Shown: one piece after another, positions 39,524 to 52,864 of the stretch
Layout: every line of letters starts with the position of its first letter
How positions within the stretch are numbered: position 1 is the stretch's first letter
Origin: Dicyema japonicum
Taxonomy: Eukaryota > Animalia > Dicyemida
Length of the DNA stretch: 64,000 nucleotides
Reading direction: 5' to 3'
Assembly: GCA_011109175.1 (NCBI GenBank)
Contig: RDEW01000008.1
Span: forward strand, 1,041,276-1,105,275
Made by a program: the position numbers and the translations under genes
The notes under the pieces: model-generated
Told to the model about the DNA's origin: nothing
Databases searched by the model: none
The model's input: only the letters and a program-made list of their open reading frames with translations

Positions 39524-41140
39524 ATGATCTTTATGTTTGGAAGTTTGTTTGAATTTAATAATTTTGTAGAAATTTTGTTGTTTTTCGGATTAATTCAACT
39601 TGAAATCACTATTGATGAATTGTTATTAAATTCAGTTCCAATGTGGATCATTCGCGTATATGAAAAATATTCTATATTATTTTCTGGAGATATTTACTTA
39701 TCGATTAACATTATGAATTAGTAAGTGAATATCAAAGTAGTAGAATCGAGTTATCAAATTCAACCAGACAGTCAAATTTGTGAAACGAAGAAATAATGAG
39801 TTTCTATCAAATTTCAATTTGAAAATACACTTGTTGAATTTGTCATGAAAAAGAATTCAAGTATTATTAATCTAAAACAGATTTATGTTAATGTTGTCGG
39901 TATCTTGATATTATAGATACCGTATATTTGTGAGTCTTATGCATTAGTTGATCAAACTTTTTTGATTAGCAATTATTATGATTGTCCTATTTTTAAATTG
40001 GACTATCTTGGAATTATTCTTTACATTTTCAATTTAAAACTACAAGTATCTCAAACATCTGGAATTACATCATTTTCTGAAACCTGTTGTATTTATTATA
40101 ATTTTAAGTTATAATTGCAGTAATGACTTGTTATGTGATGAACCTAGTGAACTAATAATCGGTACTTTAAGTTGTTTTATTAATATTTATTTTCTTTTAT
40201 TTTTTATTATTTTTAGATAACACAACAACTACTTCTACGACTAAACCTGAAGGTAAATATCTTCAATTAATGATTAATCAATTCATATACGTAAATTTAG
40301 ATTCACCCACAGAATTGGCCACTACACCTTCTCCCACAAATACAACTGAAAGTAAAATTTCTTCAATTAATGATTAATCAATCATATAATTAAATGTTAG
40401 ATTCACCAACAGATTGACCACCACACTAACTCCCACAAGTACAACTGAAGGTACAATATCTTCAATTAATGATTAATCAATTCATATACTTAAATGTTAG
40501 ATTCAACCACAGAACTGACCACCGAATCTACTCTCACAAACAACTGAAAGTACAATATCATCAATTAATGATTAATCAATTCATATACTTAAATGTTAGA
40601 TTCACTTACAAAACTGACCACCACATCTACTCTCACAATTACAACTGAAGGTACATTTTCTTCAATTAATGATTAATCAATCATATAATTAAATGTTAGA
40701 TTCAACCACAGAATTGACCACCACATCTACTCCCACAAGTACAACTAAAGGTACAATATCTTCAATTAATGATTAATCAATCATATACTTAAATGTTAGA
40801 TTCATTCACAGAATTGGCCGCTACACCTACTCCACAAGTACAAATGTAGGTAAAAAATTTTAATTAACATTTAATCAATTCATACACTTAAATGTTAGAT
40901 TCACCCACAGAATTGGCCACTACAACGACTCCACGACTATAATTGAAAGTAAAATGTTTTAATTCAACATTTAATCAAGTTTATTATTTTAATTTAAGAT
41001 TCGAGCTTAACAAGTTCAACAATAAACTCTAATTGATAGTAAGCATGCATGCCCGAAAATTCAGTACTTCCTCCGTTTCTCGTCCATTGGAATTATCATT
41101 CCTCCTACTTGGATGGATTTTAATTAACATACTAATTTAA
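39524..41140 (+). pseudogene. LAMP-like/mucin family copy D with 8 stalk exons (several 1-2 nt indels)
   Basis: Stalk exons at 40217-40252, 40301-40351, 40401-40450, 40501-40549, 40600-40650, 40700-40750, 40800-40849, 40899-40948; terminal exon 40999-41140 has a 1 nt deletion. Confidence 0.7.
40253..40948 (+). repeat. Minisatellite of seven ~100 bp units, each intron (GT...TTAG, ~48-50 nt) + Thr/Ser exon (~51 nt)
   Basis: Unit e.g. GTACAATATCTTCAATTAATGATTAATCAATTCATATACTTAAATGTTAG / ATTCAACCACAGAATTGACCACCACATCTACTCCCACAAGTACAACTAAAG. Confidence 0.9.
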
Positions 41141-41315
41141 ATTACACTAACAGATATATTTGTTAAATTATTTTCTGAGACTAATTTATTAATTATTTAA
41201 CCCAGGACACATAAAGTAAGTAGTCGGTGATTACCTGTTGTCATATTAGAAATGTAATCTATTTAATGTCTCCTGAATTTGTACTTCATGGTAACAAAGA
41301 AATGAATTGAGAAGA

Positions 41316-41861
41316 GGACTCAAAATCCCAAAAGACACAAAGAAGCAAAGTAATTGGGATTCCATTGTCTGCTCCAAAATTTTAGAAGATTTTAAAAAAA
41401 AAGTAAATCAACTTATTTGTCGTCAGCTTTAAGTGGAGGGAGTAGAGCATGGCTTGGTGCAATACCTTATCCAATCCTCGGGACTTTTTTAGACGACGAT
41501 TATTTGATGATTGGAATCGGACAACGGCTAAGACTAGACGTTTGCCAAAAGCACTGATGCCGATGTGGGAAAACAGTCGATGCGAAAGGATTGCACCCGC
41601 TGTTTAGCAGAAGAAGCGCCGTAAGTGGACCACGTCACGCTGCTCTGAACGATGTGATCGTCATAGCTCTGAAGGCTACAGGCTTCCCAGCACACCTTGA
41701 ACCAGTGGGTCTCGATCGAGGAGATGGAAAGAAACCCTTTCACATCCGGAAGATCTTAGGTCTGGAACGCAACTTGTGTTGACACATTCTCAAGCACGAA
41801 TCTTTTCAAATCAGTTCAAGACACCTGGAGCAGCTGCTTTGACTGCGGAAAACCTAAAAAT
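41316..41861 (+). mobile_element. CRE-like CCHC/RLE fragment, 3'-truncated by junction with Jockey-like element
   Basis: [25 protein letters not shown]; matches 58221-58766. Confidence 0.8.
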
Positions 41862-44500
41862 GACTTTCTCGACTTTTTCATGAGAACATTATCAATCCTT
41901 TTGACGAGAGAAAAACTACGCTTCACACCCGTATAGTAGCTCTGGTAGAATAATCTTTATGAAGATAAACAAGAAGGTCTTCAAGCTTACGAACAACTTG
42001 CTCGTACAGAGAAGCGCTTGTACCGCCTTCTTCCTTCTTCGTCTGATATTTTCCATTAAGGAACCTTCTCCTTCAATAACTACTTTGAGGTAACAGAGTA
42101 AGTTTACTTTTGGAATATCAAGTGAGTAGGGCTGTGTACGGTGTCTCGTAGACGGCTAACTCTCAAGTAGCTGGACTTCTCCGTAGATAGTCTTATCCCT
42201 CTCTTGGAGCACCAATTTTGCACTTGGTCGATGAATGACTTGATTCTTCTTTCCGATAGAGTTTACTTCCAAGACATATCTGTAATTAGAATATCGTCTG
42301 CGTATATCAATAGTTTGGTGTTCGCATCCAGAGGAATTGGAAAGTCTGATAGAAACACGTTGAACAGAAGCGGGCTCAAGGTAGAGCCTGTGGAACGCCC
42401 CTCTTCAGAAAGATATCTTTTGACATACTCGTCCCAACACGTATTTGGGAAGTCCGTCCTGTTAATAAGTTTTTTATCCATATGAAAAGTTTCCTTTGGA
42501 TAGTGACAGCCGCTAGCTTTGATAGCAGTGCATCATGCCACACGCTATCGAATGCCTTGGTCAGGTCCAAACATACTATGTTAACTTGCTTCTTGAATTC
42601 AGACCTCTCAATACCACCGAATGTATGTGGTGGATGCAATCCGTGCAGGATTTCCCAGGTCTGAAGCCACATTGTTCTGCGAAAGGAAACCACTTCTTAT
42701 ATGTGCTCGTTTAGCCTCTTGAAGATAATTCGCTCAACAATCTTGGAAATAGAGCAAATGAGGCTGATCGGCCTATAGTTGAGAGGGTCCCTCCCCGACT
42801 TTCCAGGTTTCAGGATCATTCTAACTATGGAGGTTTTTCAGTTTGGGGACATACACATAATCTATGCTCGCGTTGACTAAATTCTTCAGCACGAGCAGCA
42901 GATCATCTGGGCCTTCCTTGAACATTCTCTTGCTAATATGGTCATGTCCACGGGCGTTAGCTTTGTACACTCTATTGGCAATCACGATGTCCTCTGTCGT
43001 TATCTTCATAACAGTATCTTTGAAATCGTCCGGGAATAAGTAATAAGTTCTTTTGAAGCTCTCAACTCTTCCCTCGGATCAGCTCCGTCGGGTTGACTTC
43101 CTGGATACGGTCTAGTTGCTTCTTAAAGATTTCCAGTACTTCTTCCATAGAATATGATCTACCTTCCAGTTTGTTCAGAGAGATTTTCACATCATTCCAC
43201 TTCTGGCCTGTTATTTTTTTGTAGATCTTCCAGATCGAAGGGTTTTGCTTGTTTCGACCCTCCAACATTGTTCTATTGCCAGTCTTGTTCCCTCTTCAAT
43301 AGCTTTTTTGATTATTTTTAGTTGGCCAGTCAATGTAATCGGTCCATCCAGTCGACACATCATCTGCGTTTGTTCCTCAGTCGGTTTCTTTCTTTAATCA
43401 TAGATAGTGTAGAAGGGAGAAATTAATGCTCTTCTTATAATTGGTATCGGAGAGTCTCCTCCTGGCGTAAAGTGATAAGTATCTCTTCCAGAAAGTTGTC
43501 TATGTTGTCAATATCATTTCGGGAATAAGGTCCCTCCTTCCATTTTTTGAGATTTCAAACATGTATCTTCATAGTGTTCCCAATTTAATCTTGATTGGTC
43601 TGTTCCCTTAGCCTGTGAACACTGACTCGTAGTGTCCGGAGCCAGGTTCAGTGACATCTCTTGAGGGATGCGGTCGCTCCCGATGTCCCACATGATCATC
43701 GGTCTCTCCACATAAGTGTAGAGCAGTGATGACACCAGGAACACTTCAAGCATGTCTCCACCGTAGTGCGAGAAGTGATTCGGCTTCTCCGATGTCAAAA
43801 TCTCGAAGCCAGTCTAGTAACTCAATTTTCTTAGCCTGATTCCATCCTCGTTGGTTCCAAGGCATCCATGTTTAATGTTCTTGGCGTTTAGATCTCCCAC
43901 TAGGACAGACATATCGTTTCCCGCGAAGAATTCTTCAATTTCTGTGGAGCACTTTCTGAGGACCTTTGAATACAATCCTCCAACGTGTATCCAACGGCCA
44001 CAGCATCTCACCTAGACGAAAACAAATTCACAATGTGTATTCATAATTACTTTTGGCTCACGTATCTGTAGAACATCACTGTAGAAAATGTGGTTCCAGT
44101 ACTAGCCTCTGCATATTCGACCCATGGTATTTCTATAGAATTACATCCCCGTAGCATTGTAGTGTTGGTCTTTTTCACCTTAGTCTCGTTGACCACCAGG
44201 ATGTCAATCTTGGTGGCCGACAGAAGTAGTGCCAGGTCATGACGCCTATTCCTCAGTGATCGGGCGTTCACCAGCTATCTTCAGGTTTCTTCTCAATTTT
44301 CTTTTTGGTGAACTGGCTCTCCATGGCCAGGTCCACCATTCTTTTTAAATCCACTCCAAGTTCAGTTCTTCAGTCTATATTATTTCTTCCAGTTCTTTTG
44401 CAAATCTCCTGGTATCTTAGAAGAGGAGCTGGTTCATTCTTGTTAGTCCTTGGGACAATTATTCTTTTTTGGGTAGGAGTTTCACTTTGTTATAACTTAT
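41862..44500 (-). mobile_element. Jockey/I-like LINE ORF2 (APE + RT), frameshifted, both ends truncated
   Basis: NARSLRNRRHDL..ETK, VGDLNAK, NYRPISL, LDLTKAFDSVWH, RGVPQ, YADD motifs. Confidence 0.85.
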
Positions 44501-44524
44501 ATCTGTTCTAATTGTCTGTTCTAA

Positions 44525-44611
44525 ATAAAAAAGTTTTAAGGGTCGATTAAATAATATGGGGGTCAAAAAAAGTCAAGGGGTCGACGAGCAAAAAAAGGTT
44601 GAGAACCCCTG
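44525..44611 (+). mobile_element. hAT right-end remnant
   Basis: GGTTGAGAACCCCTG (44597-44611) preceded by repeated GGGTC(G)A subterminal motifs and followed by CTCTAAAT; absent from paralogue at ~62105. Confidence 0.7.
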
Positions 44612-45124
44612 CTCTAAATCATCCCACCCACAGAGAAGTTGCGTTGGATCCCAGAAGAGGCACAAGGAGAGAATGAGAATTCGGTGTAAGATAATAAGCC
44701 TGGAGGTAATGGAGTCTCGCTGGAGACAATTCTGGCACTTCTTGAAGATGGAATTGGTATTCTTGCTTAACAGAGATATAGAAGACTACTATGTTTGTTT
44801 CCGACGACCCCCCGTTCTTACTGAGAAAAATGACGTCACTTCTAAACACTAACTTTCCAGAAAAAATAGATACCCCTTGGATCTTGGCTACTTCCTATCC
44901 AGAAACTAAACGATTCCCAATTCATGTGTATACGAGTTCGAAAAGTTATTGTCTCATCTAGATCAATGGAGATGACTTCACCGGGAGGACCATACAGTAG
45001 CTTGTTTTTTTAGCCAATAATTTAAGCCAAATACTCTACTTCAGTGTGTTTTAACAATTCTTGAAAGTAATTCAAATCTTGATGTTTGATATTTTTCGGT
45101 ATTAAGAATTTGAAGATGACTAAT

Positions 45125-45197
45125 GCCTCCGTGGCGCAACGGTTAGCGCGTGTGGCTGTTAACTGCGAGGTTGCCGGTTCGAATCCGGCCGGAGGCG
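45125..45197 (+). tRNA. trnN: tRNA-Asn (anticodon GTT)
   Basis: 73 nt cloverleaf: acceptor GCCTCCG/CGGAGGC+G, D-arm GCGC, loop CTGTTAA, T-arm GCCGG-TTCGAAT-CCGGC, T-run just downstream; anticodon stem is G-U rich. Confidence 0.9.
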
Positions 45198-45559
45198 AAT
45201 TTTTATCTAAACAAAGTTACTTTTTTTGCAAATTGCCAAATTATAAAAAAATATACCGTATTCCTTATACTAAAATATTTATAAACATCTATTTTTTCCT
45301 GTTTTCTTTCTAGGCAAAAATTAATTTTTTAAAAAAAACATATTCTTAGAAATTATACTTCATTGCTAAACTAAGTAAAATCATTCGGGTCACTCAACTT
45401 AGATTCAATAAAATAATATTTTTTTATTTCAGGATGGCTTTAAGCGACACTCTGTGTTTACAGATATATTCACAATTTCACTAGTAAAGTTATACATAAA
45501 CAATTTTTTTTTAAATCAAAATAAATTTTTCTACTTGCTGCTCTCAGAATCCAAGACAA

Positions 45560-46170
45560 ATTAAGTTAATGAAAGCCATATTAACCATGTCAAGATAAAT
45601 ATTCATCCAATGGGCCCCCAACTACTTCACTCATCGTCCTCTAATGGATTTCTTTGTGGTCAAATAGTGACGATGATCTATTCATTTATTTCATTTGCAC
45701 TTTCATCTTCATAAAAGACGCAGTTACTTCTTCCTCTTTTTTGACTTATAGCTTTCCAAAATAATAATCCCTTCATTGCCGAGAAGGGTCTAAGTGTTTG
45801 GCTGTACTTCATAAACAAGATATAGTCAGACGTTCGAGATGTACAGTAGGACATGTGTGGTTGATAACTCCTTGAAACATCGCCATAAATTTATCATCTG
45901 CATAAACTTGAACAGTATGTATGGATCATTGAAGTATGGAATATCGGATAAAAACAAATTTAATAATAAAGTGAACAGTGGATGTCTTTGAGGAACATTG
46001 TTCGGTAAGAAGCGAGATATTGATAACGTACTCTCCGGCGTCGCACGGAAAAATTGTTATCTTAGTATTATATCGGATTCGAATGTCTTTTGAATATCAC
46101 TACAAATCCGAGATGTGTCACAGTAAAGCGACCCGGTTTGTAGTCGTATTGGAAGGAAGATGACAAAAGA
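45560..46170 (-). mobile_element. Highly degenerate non-LTR RT fragment
   Basis: Paralogue at 63080-63690 gives VDIQKTF, NGVPQ, LNLFLSDIP, VQVYADD. Confidence 0.5.
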
Positions 46171-49169
46171 TCTGGGAAAATAATTTTTAAAACAAGCTTT
46201 GTGCATGTGAGAAAGACCGGGCTAGAGAATTAAGAGTAATAGGATTTATTTTTTTTAATTTAAAAATATTATTATTAATATTTAATCGATCTTAAATATA
46301 AAGTAAATGAACGTTTATATTTCTTTATGTGTTTTGGTGGTGCACTGAGATCTCCATTTTAATTAGTTAAAATGGTCGAAAAGTGCAATATTATTCTACA
46401 CTTAACGTTGCTACTATCTTAGTAGTTAGTATAGTGTACTACATTCATTTTTAAACTTGTATATTGCCGATGATACTCGATATCCAGTAGAATCCATGAA
46501 TCCACCATTTGTGATTTATACACTGAAATTTCTCACATATGCCCAAGAATATTCATATTCTCCTTTATTGTTCAACCTTTCTCTGGTTGTTTTTAGCTGC
46601 TTTATTAGGTCGTTGTTTAGGGTGTATCCCAAAAATATTTCGTCGGGATGTGTTCTTTAATTACCATCTTCGAAAGTGATTCAAGCACACGTGACATTTT
46701 GAATTGAAATCGAATTTCCCAGCAATTGTATGATAACGTGTCAGATCACTGTGTAGATATGACATCCTAACGACAGCAGTTATTTCTTCAATTTGGAAAT
46801 GTTCGCCAAATCGACACATTAAATTCGAATCCAGAGATCACTATATTCCGTCCATCTGTATGAGAAATTCGACTTTCTGTGTAGACACAAGCAGAGACAC
46901 TTCTGACAGAGGTTAGGTTTTTCGATGAACACAGGATGGAAATAGCATGAGCGATAGGGGGAACCAGGTACATATAACTAGAACGGTTATCATTATCTAA
47001 GGGGTTGACTGGATGGCTATTCCCCTCAGGATGGCTAGCTAGATTCGCTCAAAATAACCAGCGTCGCTGACGGGGATCTCCTGTTCATGCGAAATCAGAT
47101 TTCCTAGACGACTCAAGAATTTTAGCATCACAGGAGCAATGGAACTTGACATTCAAAAGTGTGCAAGACTAACAAAAAATATGACCGTATACTCTCAGTT
47201 TCATATCAGCCGATTGAATTATTTATTTAACTTTTCAAGGATAAGTTGAGGTACTAACCTTTTTTGCACTAAAACCACACATCTGGTTTTAGATAGACTT
47301 TTGTAATATTGGAAGAACTGTTTCTGCAAAAATTGAAAGTAATGTATCTCTCTTGCTTCGTCTACTCTCCATATCTTCGATTCTTAGAATATTGTGTGGA
47401 AAGTAGAAGTCAAGAAAATTATTTTTTTTATTTTCAAGTAAGTACTACTTCACATGAAAATACTAACCATCCAACAAGATTTCCAACATTGAACTCGACA
47501 GGCCAGCCCAGCATGAAAAATAATTTTTTCAAAAACCAATCCTGTCTTCTGAGTTAAATCTGAGTTGCCCAAGAAGACTTTTAACTATACCGTGAAAGTT
47601 CAATTGTGAGGATTTCAAAAGACAGTTACATGTCTGGTTGGGGGAGATGACTTTTAAAGGTATCAAATCGAAATTCGTGGAAATTGGTAATGTTAACAAA
47701 GGTTCCTTGGTTTTCTGAGGCATTGTTAAAACCCATGAACGGGTTTTCCCTCAATCGCCTGACGTGATCTGAAAATTGTAGTCATGATAGATCCGCTACT
47801 TTCCGCAAAACTATGTAAAATCTGTAAACAACTTCGAAGACAAAGATTTGGATATCGAATCGATCCTGATGCCTTTTTAGGGATATCATCTAAACATGGC
47901 ATGCTACCAATTGACTCTTCAAGTCTGATCATAAAATACTCACAAATATAGTAAGGCAGTCGAGTTCTGCATTCGATACGTGATTATTACTGAAAAAAAT
48001 CTCAGAAAGTGATATATGTCAACTGTAAAAATGAGAAAGAACAGTTCTCCGATTAACAAGGTACTCATCAAAGGGGGTTCATTCATAGTCGTTTGTGAAG
48101 AAATGACAAAAAATCGTTGGGTATTCGACTTTTGGAAATTTCTAGTGCCTGGACGCCATATTAAGAGGATCTCGTTTTTCCATACTCCCCTTGAGGGGTT
48201 TCAAGTGGCGGATATGATGCATGGAAAATGCATCTCATTCTGACCGCTGGAACTGGGATTACTTTGTTAGTTGAGTACTCTCTTTCTCTTTAACCAGTGA
48301 TCCTGAGTCAATAAATATAGAATGTCTTGTTTCAATATTTTTAGAAATATTATGATGCTTTGTTAGAAATCAATGAGGCAAATAATTCCATATGTGGGGA
48401 ATCTTGGAGTCGTTTAGCTACAATAGCGCTAGAGATAAAAGACAACGATCCTTGTTTCCAAATAATTCCAGAGTATTACCCCCATCTACTTAGAGTGCGC
48501 ATCAAATTTGATGGAAATAAATGGCATTGTTGTACAATTGGAGAGAGCGAAGAGCTCAATTCCCCAGATTCAACAAAAATTAATTTACCACCTGTCCATT
48601 CAAGTGAAGGAAACCGGTGGTGACTTTTTCTCTCAGTTTTGTATAAATAGGCGTTGAGACCCACGTGATGACCGCAGCGGAGGCGCGAGAGTTTACCCGA
48701 ATTTTAAGAGGAAGGCAATTATTCTGTCGGGGTGCGATTTTTGAATTAATTTTTTTTTAAATTGTTATATATTTATAATTAAATTTCAAATAATTAAATA
48801 ATGTAGCATGCAGCTTTCTGGTGTGACCTGTTAAAAGTAAGAAAATATGTAGACAACTATTTATCTTTTGTTTTCATTTAAAATATCTACTTAAAACCAT
48901 GTGTTTTGCAAATGTGGTGTGAATTTTTTCTAACAAAGCGATTTAGCTATCTCGCTTATTGGAACACACACAACGCACGCATTCGGAATCACTAGGAAAA
49001 GTTATTGAATGTTTTTTAAATTTAAAGCAAAACTATGGCAAAGTGATAAACATAACGTCATTAATAAATACCTGAAGACCCACAAATTATTCATGTCTTT
49101 TGTATTCACATAAAGATGGAGAAATTATCGCCAATGCTGGTTTTTTATCTTTTTTTAATTTATAAGACA

Positions 49170-49290
49170 CTATTGGATGACAACGCTATGAGGATTGGGG
49201 TTTTCCGTCCGTTTCAAAAATAGATATTGCACGATCCATCGCTGTAGATGCGGAGGAATGGTCGAGGATAAAGTTTATCGAGGTTTCCCA
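49170..49290 (+). mobile_element. Diverged CRE-like CCHC-region fragment
   Basis: LLDDNAMRIG...CTIHRCRCGGMVED resembles [10 protein letters not shown]...[13 protein letters not shown]. Confidence 0.5.
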
Positions 49291-52200
49291 ATGGACGGTG
49301 ACATAATTTATATTTATTTTGACGATGACTGCCATTTTATGAGGTTATTTTTAAAATTATTAAAGATTTTTAATTTTCAAAGAATTTGAATTATATCTAA
49401 ATATTGTGCATTATGATTTTTTTTAAAAAACAAAACTGCCCAAATATAATATCTATTCATTGCATTTACATAGGCACAGTCAATAAAGATATTTATTACG
49501 GCGTGGTCTCCCTTATGACTTGCAGGCATTGAGTACACAATCGGAGTTACCACACATGATCGAAGCCCAATGTTCTGGAAGAGCCAATTTATCATTCTGG
49601 GCTCTCCCTTTTGCAGTTTTGCAAGCTGCTCGATTAACTGATTAACTCAGACTTGCTCGGTCCAAAAACGCGAGAAGTCTCAACGGATATCGCTTGGAAT
49701 GCGAACAGAATTGGAAGAACTAGACACGAGCCTAAACATCGTTCAAAATGAGAAAATTAACAGGTTTCTTAGCTGTAAAATAGAAGTCCAATTTGAGGGT
49801 ATGAAGTTGCTTGGATCGCTATTGAGTTCCCTGAGTATTTGCTGCAACATAGCCTCGCCTTAGAAGATTCTATTGTGGGACAGTTTTCCAACAATTCCCT
49901 GACGAATTAATGAATAATGTGGTTGAAGCAAATTCACTATGGTCAGGGATTCTTTTCTTCTGCCTTTAATTGTGACTAAATGCCTAATACGACTGTAATA
50001 CAGTCTTGACCCCCTAAATACGAATTATCCACCTTGATCACGTCAAGATTGAAGAACTTGTGAGCTGTTACACAGTTGTTGTATTATATGACAATTTATT
50101 ATTCTTAATCATGTTTTTTGCTTTTAATTGTTATTTTACTCGAATTTTGAAATTACAGAGGGGAAGCGGGAAAATTTAGTTGGATAAGTCGCATTAACTC
50201 TAAATTACCAAATGCAAAACCAATGAGCAAAGCCATCGACCACAGGTAAAAAAACTGGAATCCTATTCAAGGTCATTTTCGCCGATTATACTGACCATCA
50301 AGCGAACTCGACGTTGGGCTTTTATAAACAATAGTTGCTCCGACCATCGAATACGCCTATTCCGCCTGGTTCAGATCCTTTGGAAAAGCACTCTGTCAGC
50401 CATCCGAAAATTGTTGAAAAGAATTAAGTACCTGACGAAGGAGAAAGACAAAATAGTTACTTCTGACATCCCTAGTTCTATACAAGAGAAACAATGGAGA
50501 CCACAGTACTAATAGGTCTAGTAGAAATCTACAAGCAAAAGCCTGCGACTCTGTTTCGAGGTCGCACCTGACAGGCGCTAAAGAAGTCATGGTAAAGGAA
50601 TTCCGAAAGTGAATTTTTTTGAAGGCTATTGGACAGAAAAGCCCTATCCCTCTTGTGACGTGTAGCAGTAGTTTTTATCATCAAATAACCGATTATCGAA
50701 TACGCTTCTTCCACATGAAGATTAGCGTTTTCTCTTCGAAAAATGAACATATCAACTCACTTAAAGGAAAATCTTGCATCTTTTTCCCTCATACAAAGGC
50801 CATCTCTTGAAGGTATCCGTGCATGTAAAGTCCTGGACCATAGACTTACCGACTTCAAACGGAAAGATGAAGATCCCATTTTTAAATTTTTCATAACTCC
50901 CACACAAGCAAAGAGGAATAACCATTTATAGTCGTCTGATGGCCTTATGTCTAGAACTTCCACTACTCCTACAGGCGAGTGATGAATACAATAACCGTTG
51001 ATCTGGTCATTTACTCGCCACGATGTGGTACAAAATCAAGACCTAATGAAAATATCAAATTAACATAAAATAGCCAAATTTCAAAGTCATTAAACTTTTA
51101 ATTAATGTTTTTTACCTTTTCTAACTTTGTCTCTTCTAAAGCGGACCGATATTCTCTAACTTGCCACTATTATCATAAAGATCACTTTTACATTTTTCTG
51201 AGCCCATTTATGGAAAATTAACTTTGTAGTAAGATCTTTTATCCCTCGTTATTTTAATCAGATTTCACTAAGTTTCGACCTTACATTAAATTGTAAACCC
51301 TAAAATCGTAAACATGGACAAAATAAAAGGCCATTAACAAGTACGCCTCAAGATAAGTCGTTTAAGAGTTAATCAGCTTCCAAGCCGAGTCATAGCCAGC
51401 TTGGGCAAGCAAAGAGATCTCGAACTTCTCTTCACTCAAGATTGACTATATCCACACCGTAGATGTGCGAGTCTCACTTTGACGGTAATTGGAGCAGCTA
51501 TTCTGAATCCCTCCTTGTATGGCGGTAGAAAAAACTTTCAAAATTTAATGACACGTGACTTATCAATTGTTAGTAATGAAATGCTATTTATCACAATTTT
51601 TAACTAAAAAATGTCTCCGAGGAATACGGAGATATCCTTTCCCCACAACGGTCTGGGCTCACTTAGTTAGGTGAAAACATTTTCTTTTATAGAAGTAAAG
51701 TATATCAAGTAGAGTAAATACCAGTGACTGACGGGCAGTTTATCTTCTTCTAACCGTCTTTTATTAAAACGTCTGAAGTGTTTGACGTCAGGAATATGGA
51801 ATCCGTCAAACAATCGTCGACCTGCAGAAACACTTAAGAGTGAACCCAGATATACGTAAATGCTCTTCCAAATACATTGGCCTCTCAATCATGAGAAATC
51901 ATATTTCCCATAATTCTTGAGCAATAGACTGTCTGTTTCTTCTTAAATGAAGAAGTTAGACACATCATAGCGGGACTTTTTGTCACCAGACCCTTTTGGG
52001 TAAACCATATGTGGATAATACATAGGAATGCAGTCCCAAGTCCGTTAGGTAAACCTTATATGGATAATACATAGGAAACAGGATACTATGTCGCATTTAA
52101 TATAACATTAATTACTTTCTTGTATTTTTCTTTGACTAATTTAGTGGGAAGACAACTTGTTTACATCAGAAAAATATTTGTACGATAATTTCGATTATTT

Positions 52201-52864
52201 ATTTATTTTTTAAATAATTATTTTTTAAATAATTTTTATTATATATCTTGTCAAGAAGATTCTAACTCGCTCGCTGAATTCTCTACTAACCTGGACGCGG
52301 CCATGCTCGTGAGACCTTCAGCTTTCCCACGTTCTCTCAGTGGTGCCTGGACGATGCTGTATGGCTGAATTCTTTTGAAGATCCCTAGTGTCATCTAACC
52401 AACATTACCGTGCCTGTTTGTTGTCAGGGGCATCTTCCGATTTTCCATGAGAATTTAAAACAATTCACCTTTTTATTATTATTTACTACAAAATTTAATT
52501 TATTTGTTGATTGACTATAACATCTTTGCAGTATTGTCTTTTTGACTTTTCCGTTTTGAAGAGCGAGCTTAGAAACACTCACTGTTTAGGTAAGATATTT
52601 AAAAAGAACTTCTTTGTTTATGTCTTCGTGAACAATTTGAAGAACTGGATTGTAATTTACCTATGTGGAAAAAGAAAAGAAGTATTTCACGTTCTACAAA
52701 ATCATCACTAAGTTTTGCCTAACGTGCTCCTATTAGGATCTCTTCTGTCACTTATCTTGTTCAACTTTTTTCTGTACGATATTCCACCTATATATTTTAC
52801 GATATACTGAATGATATAATCATCAGGAGACCTGTGTGGTCACATTAATGCTGATAGCTTAGAT

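Noticed and set aside
40253-40948. CRISPR-like repeat/spacer array
   Set aside because: Eukaryotic context with no cas genes; both parts of the unit are homologous between units and correspond to intron + exon.
41862-44500. Potentially active LINE
   Set aside because: Both copies have many frameshifts and stops and lack the 3' end.
45086-45313. ORF MIFFGIKNLKMTNASVAQRLARV... (also 62584-62847)
   Set aside because: Artefactual translation across the tRNA-Asn gene.
46995-47065. CCCTCAGGATGGCT resembling a conserved LSU rRNA motif
   Set aside because: Flanks do not continue as rRNA; the same motif occurs inside hAT-derived copies (26555-26615, 28790-28860).
51998-52079. Two ~32 bp direct repeats with a short spacer
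   Set aside because: Only two units and no associated structure; ordinary local duplication.
52820-52845. PHRSPD resembling the Tc1/mariner WPxxSPDL motif in the repeated spacer segment
   Set aside because: Surrounding frame lacks other DD34D/E motifs.
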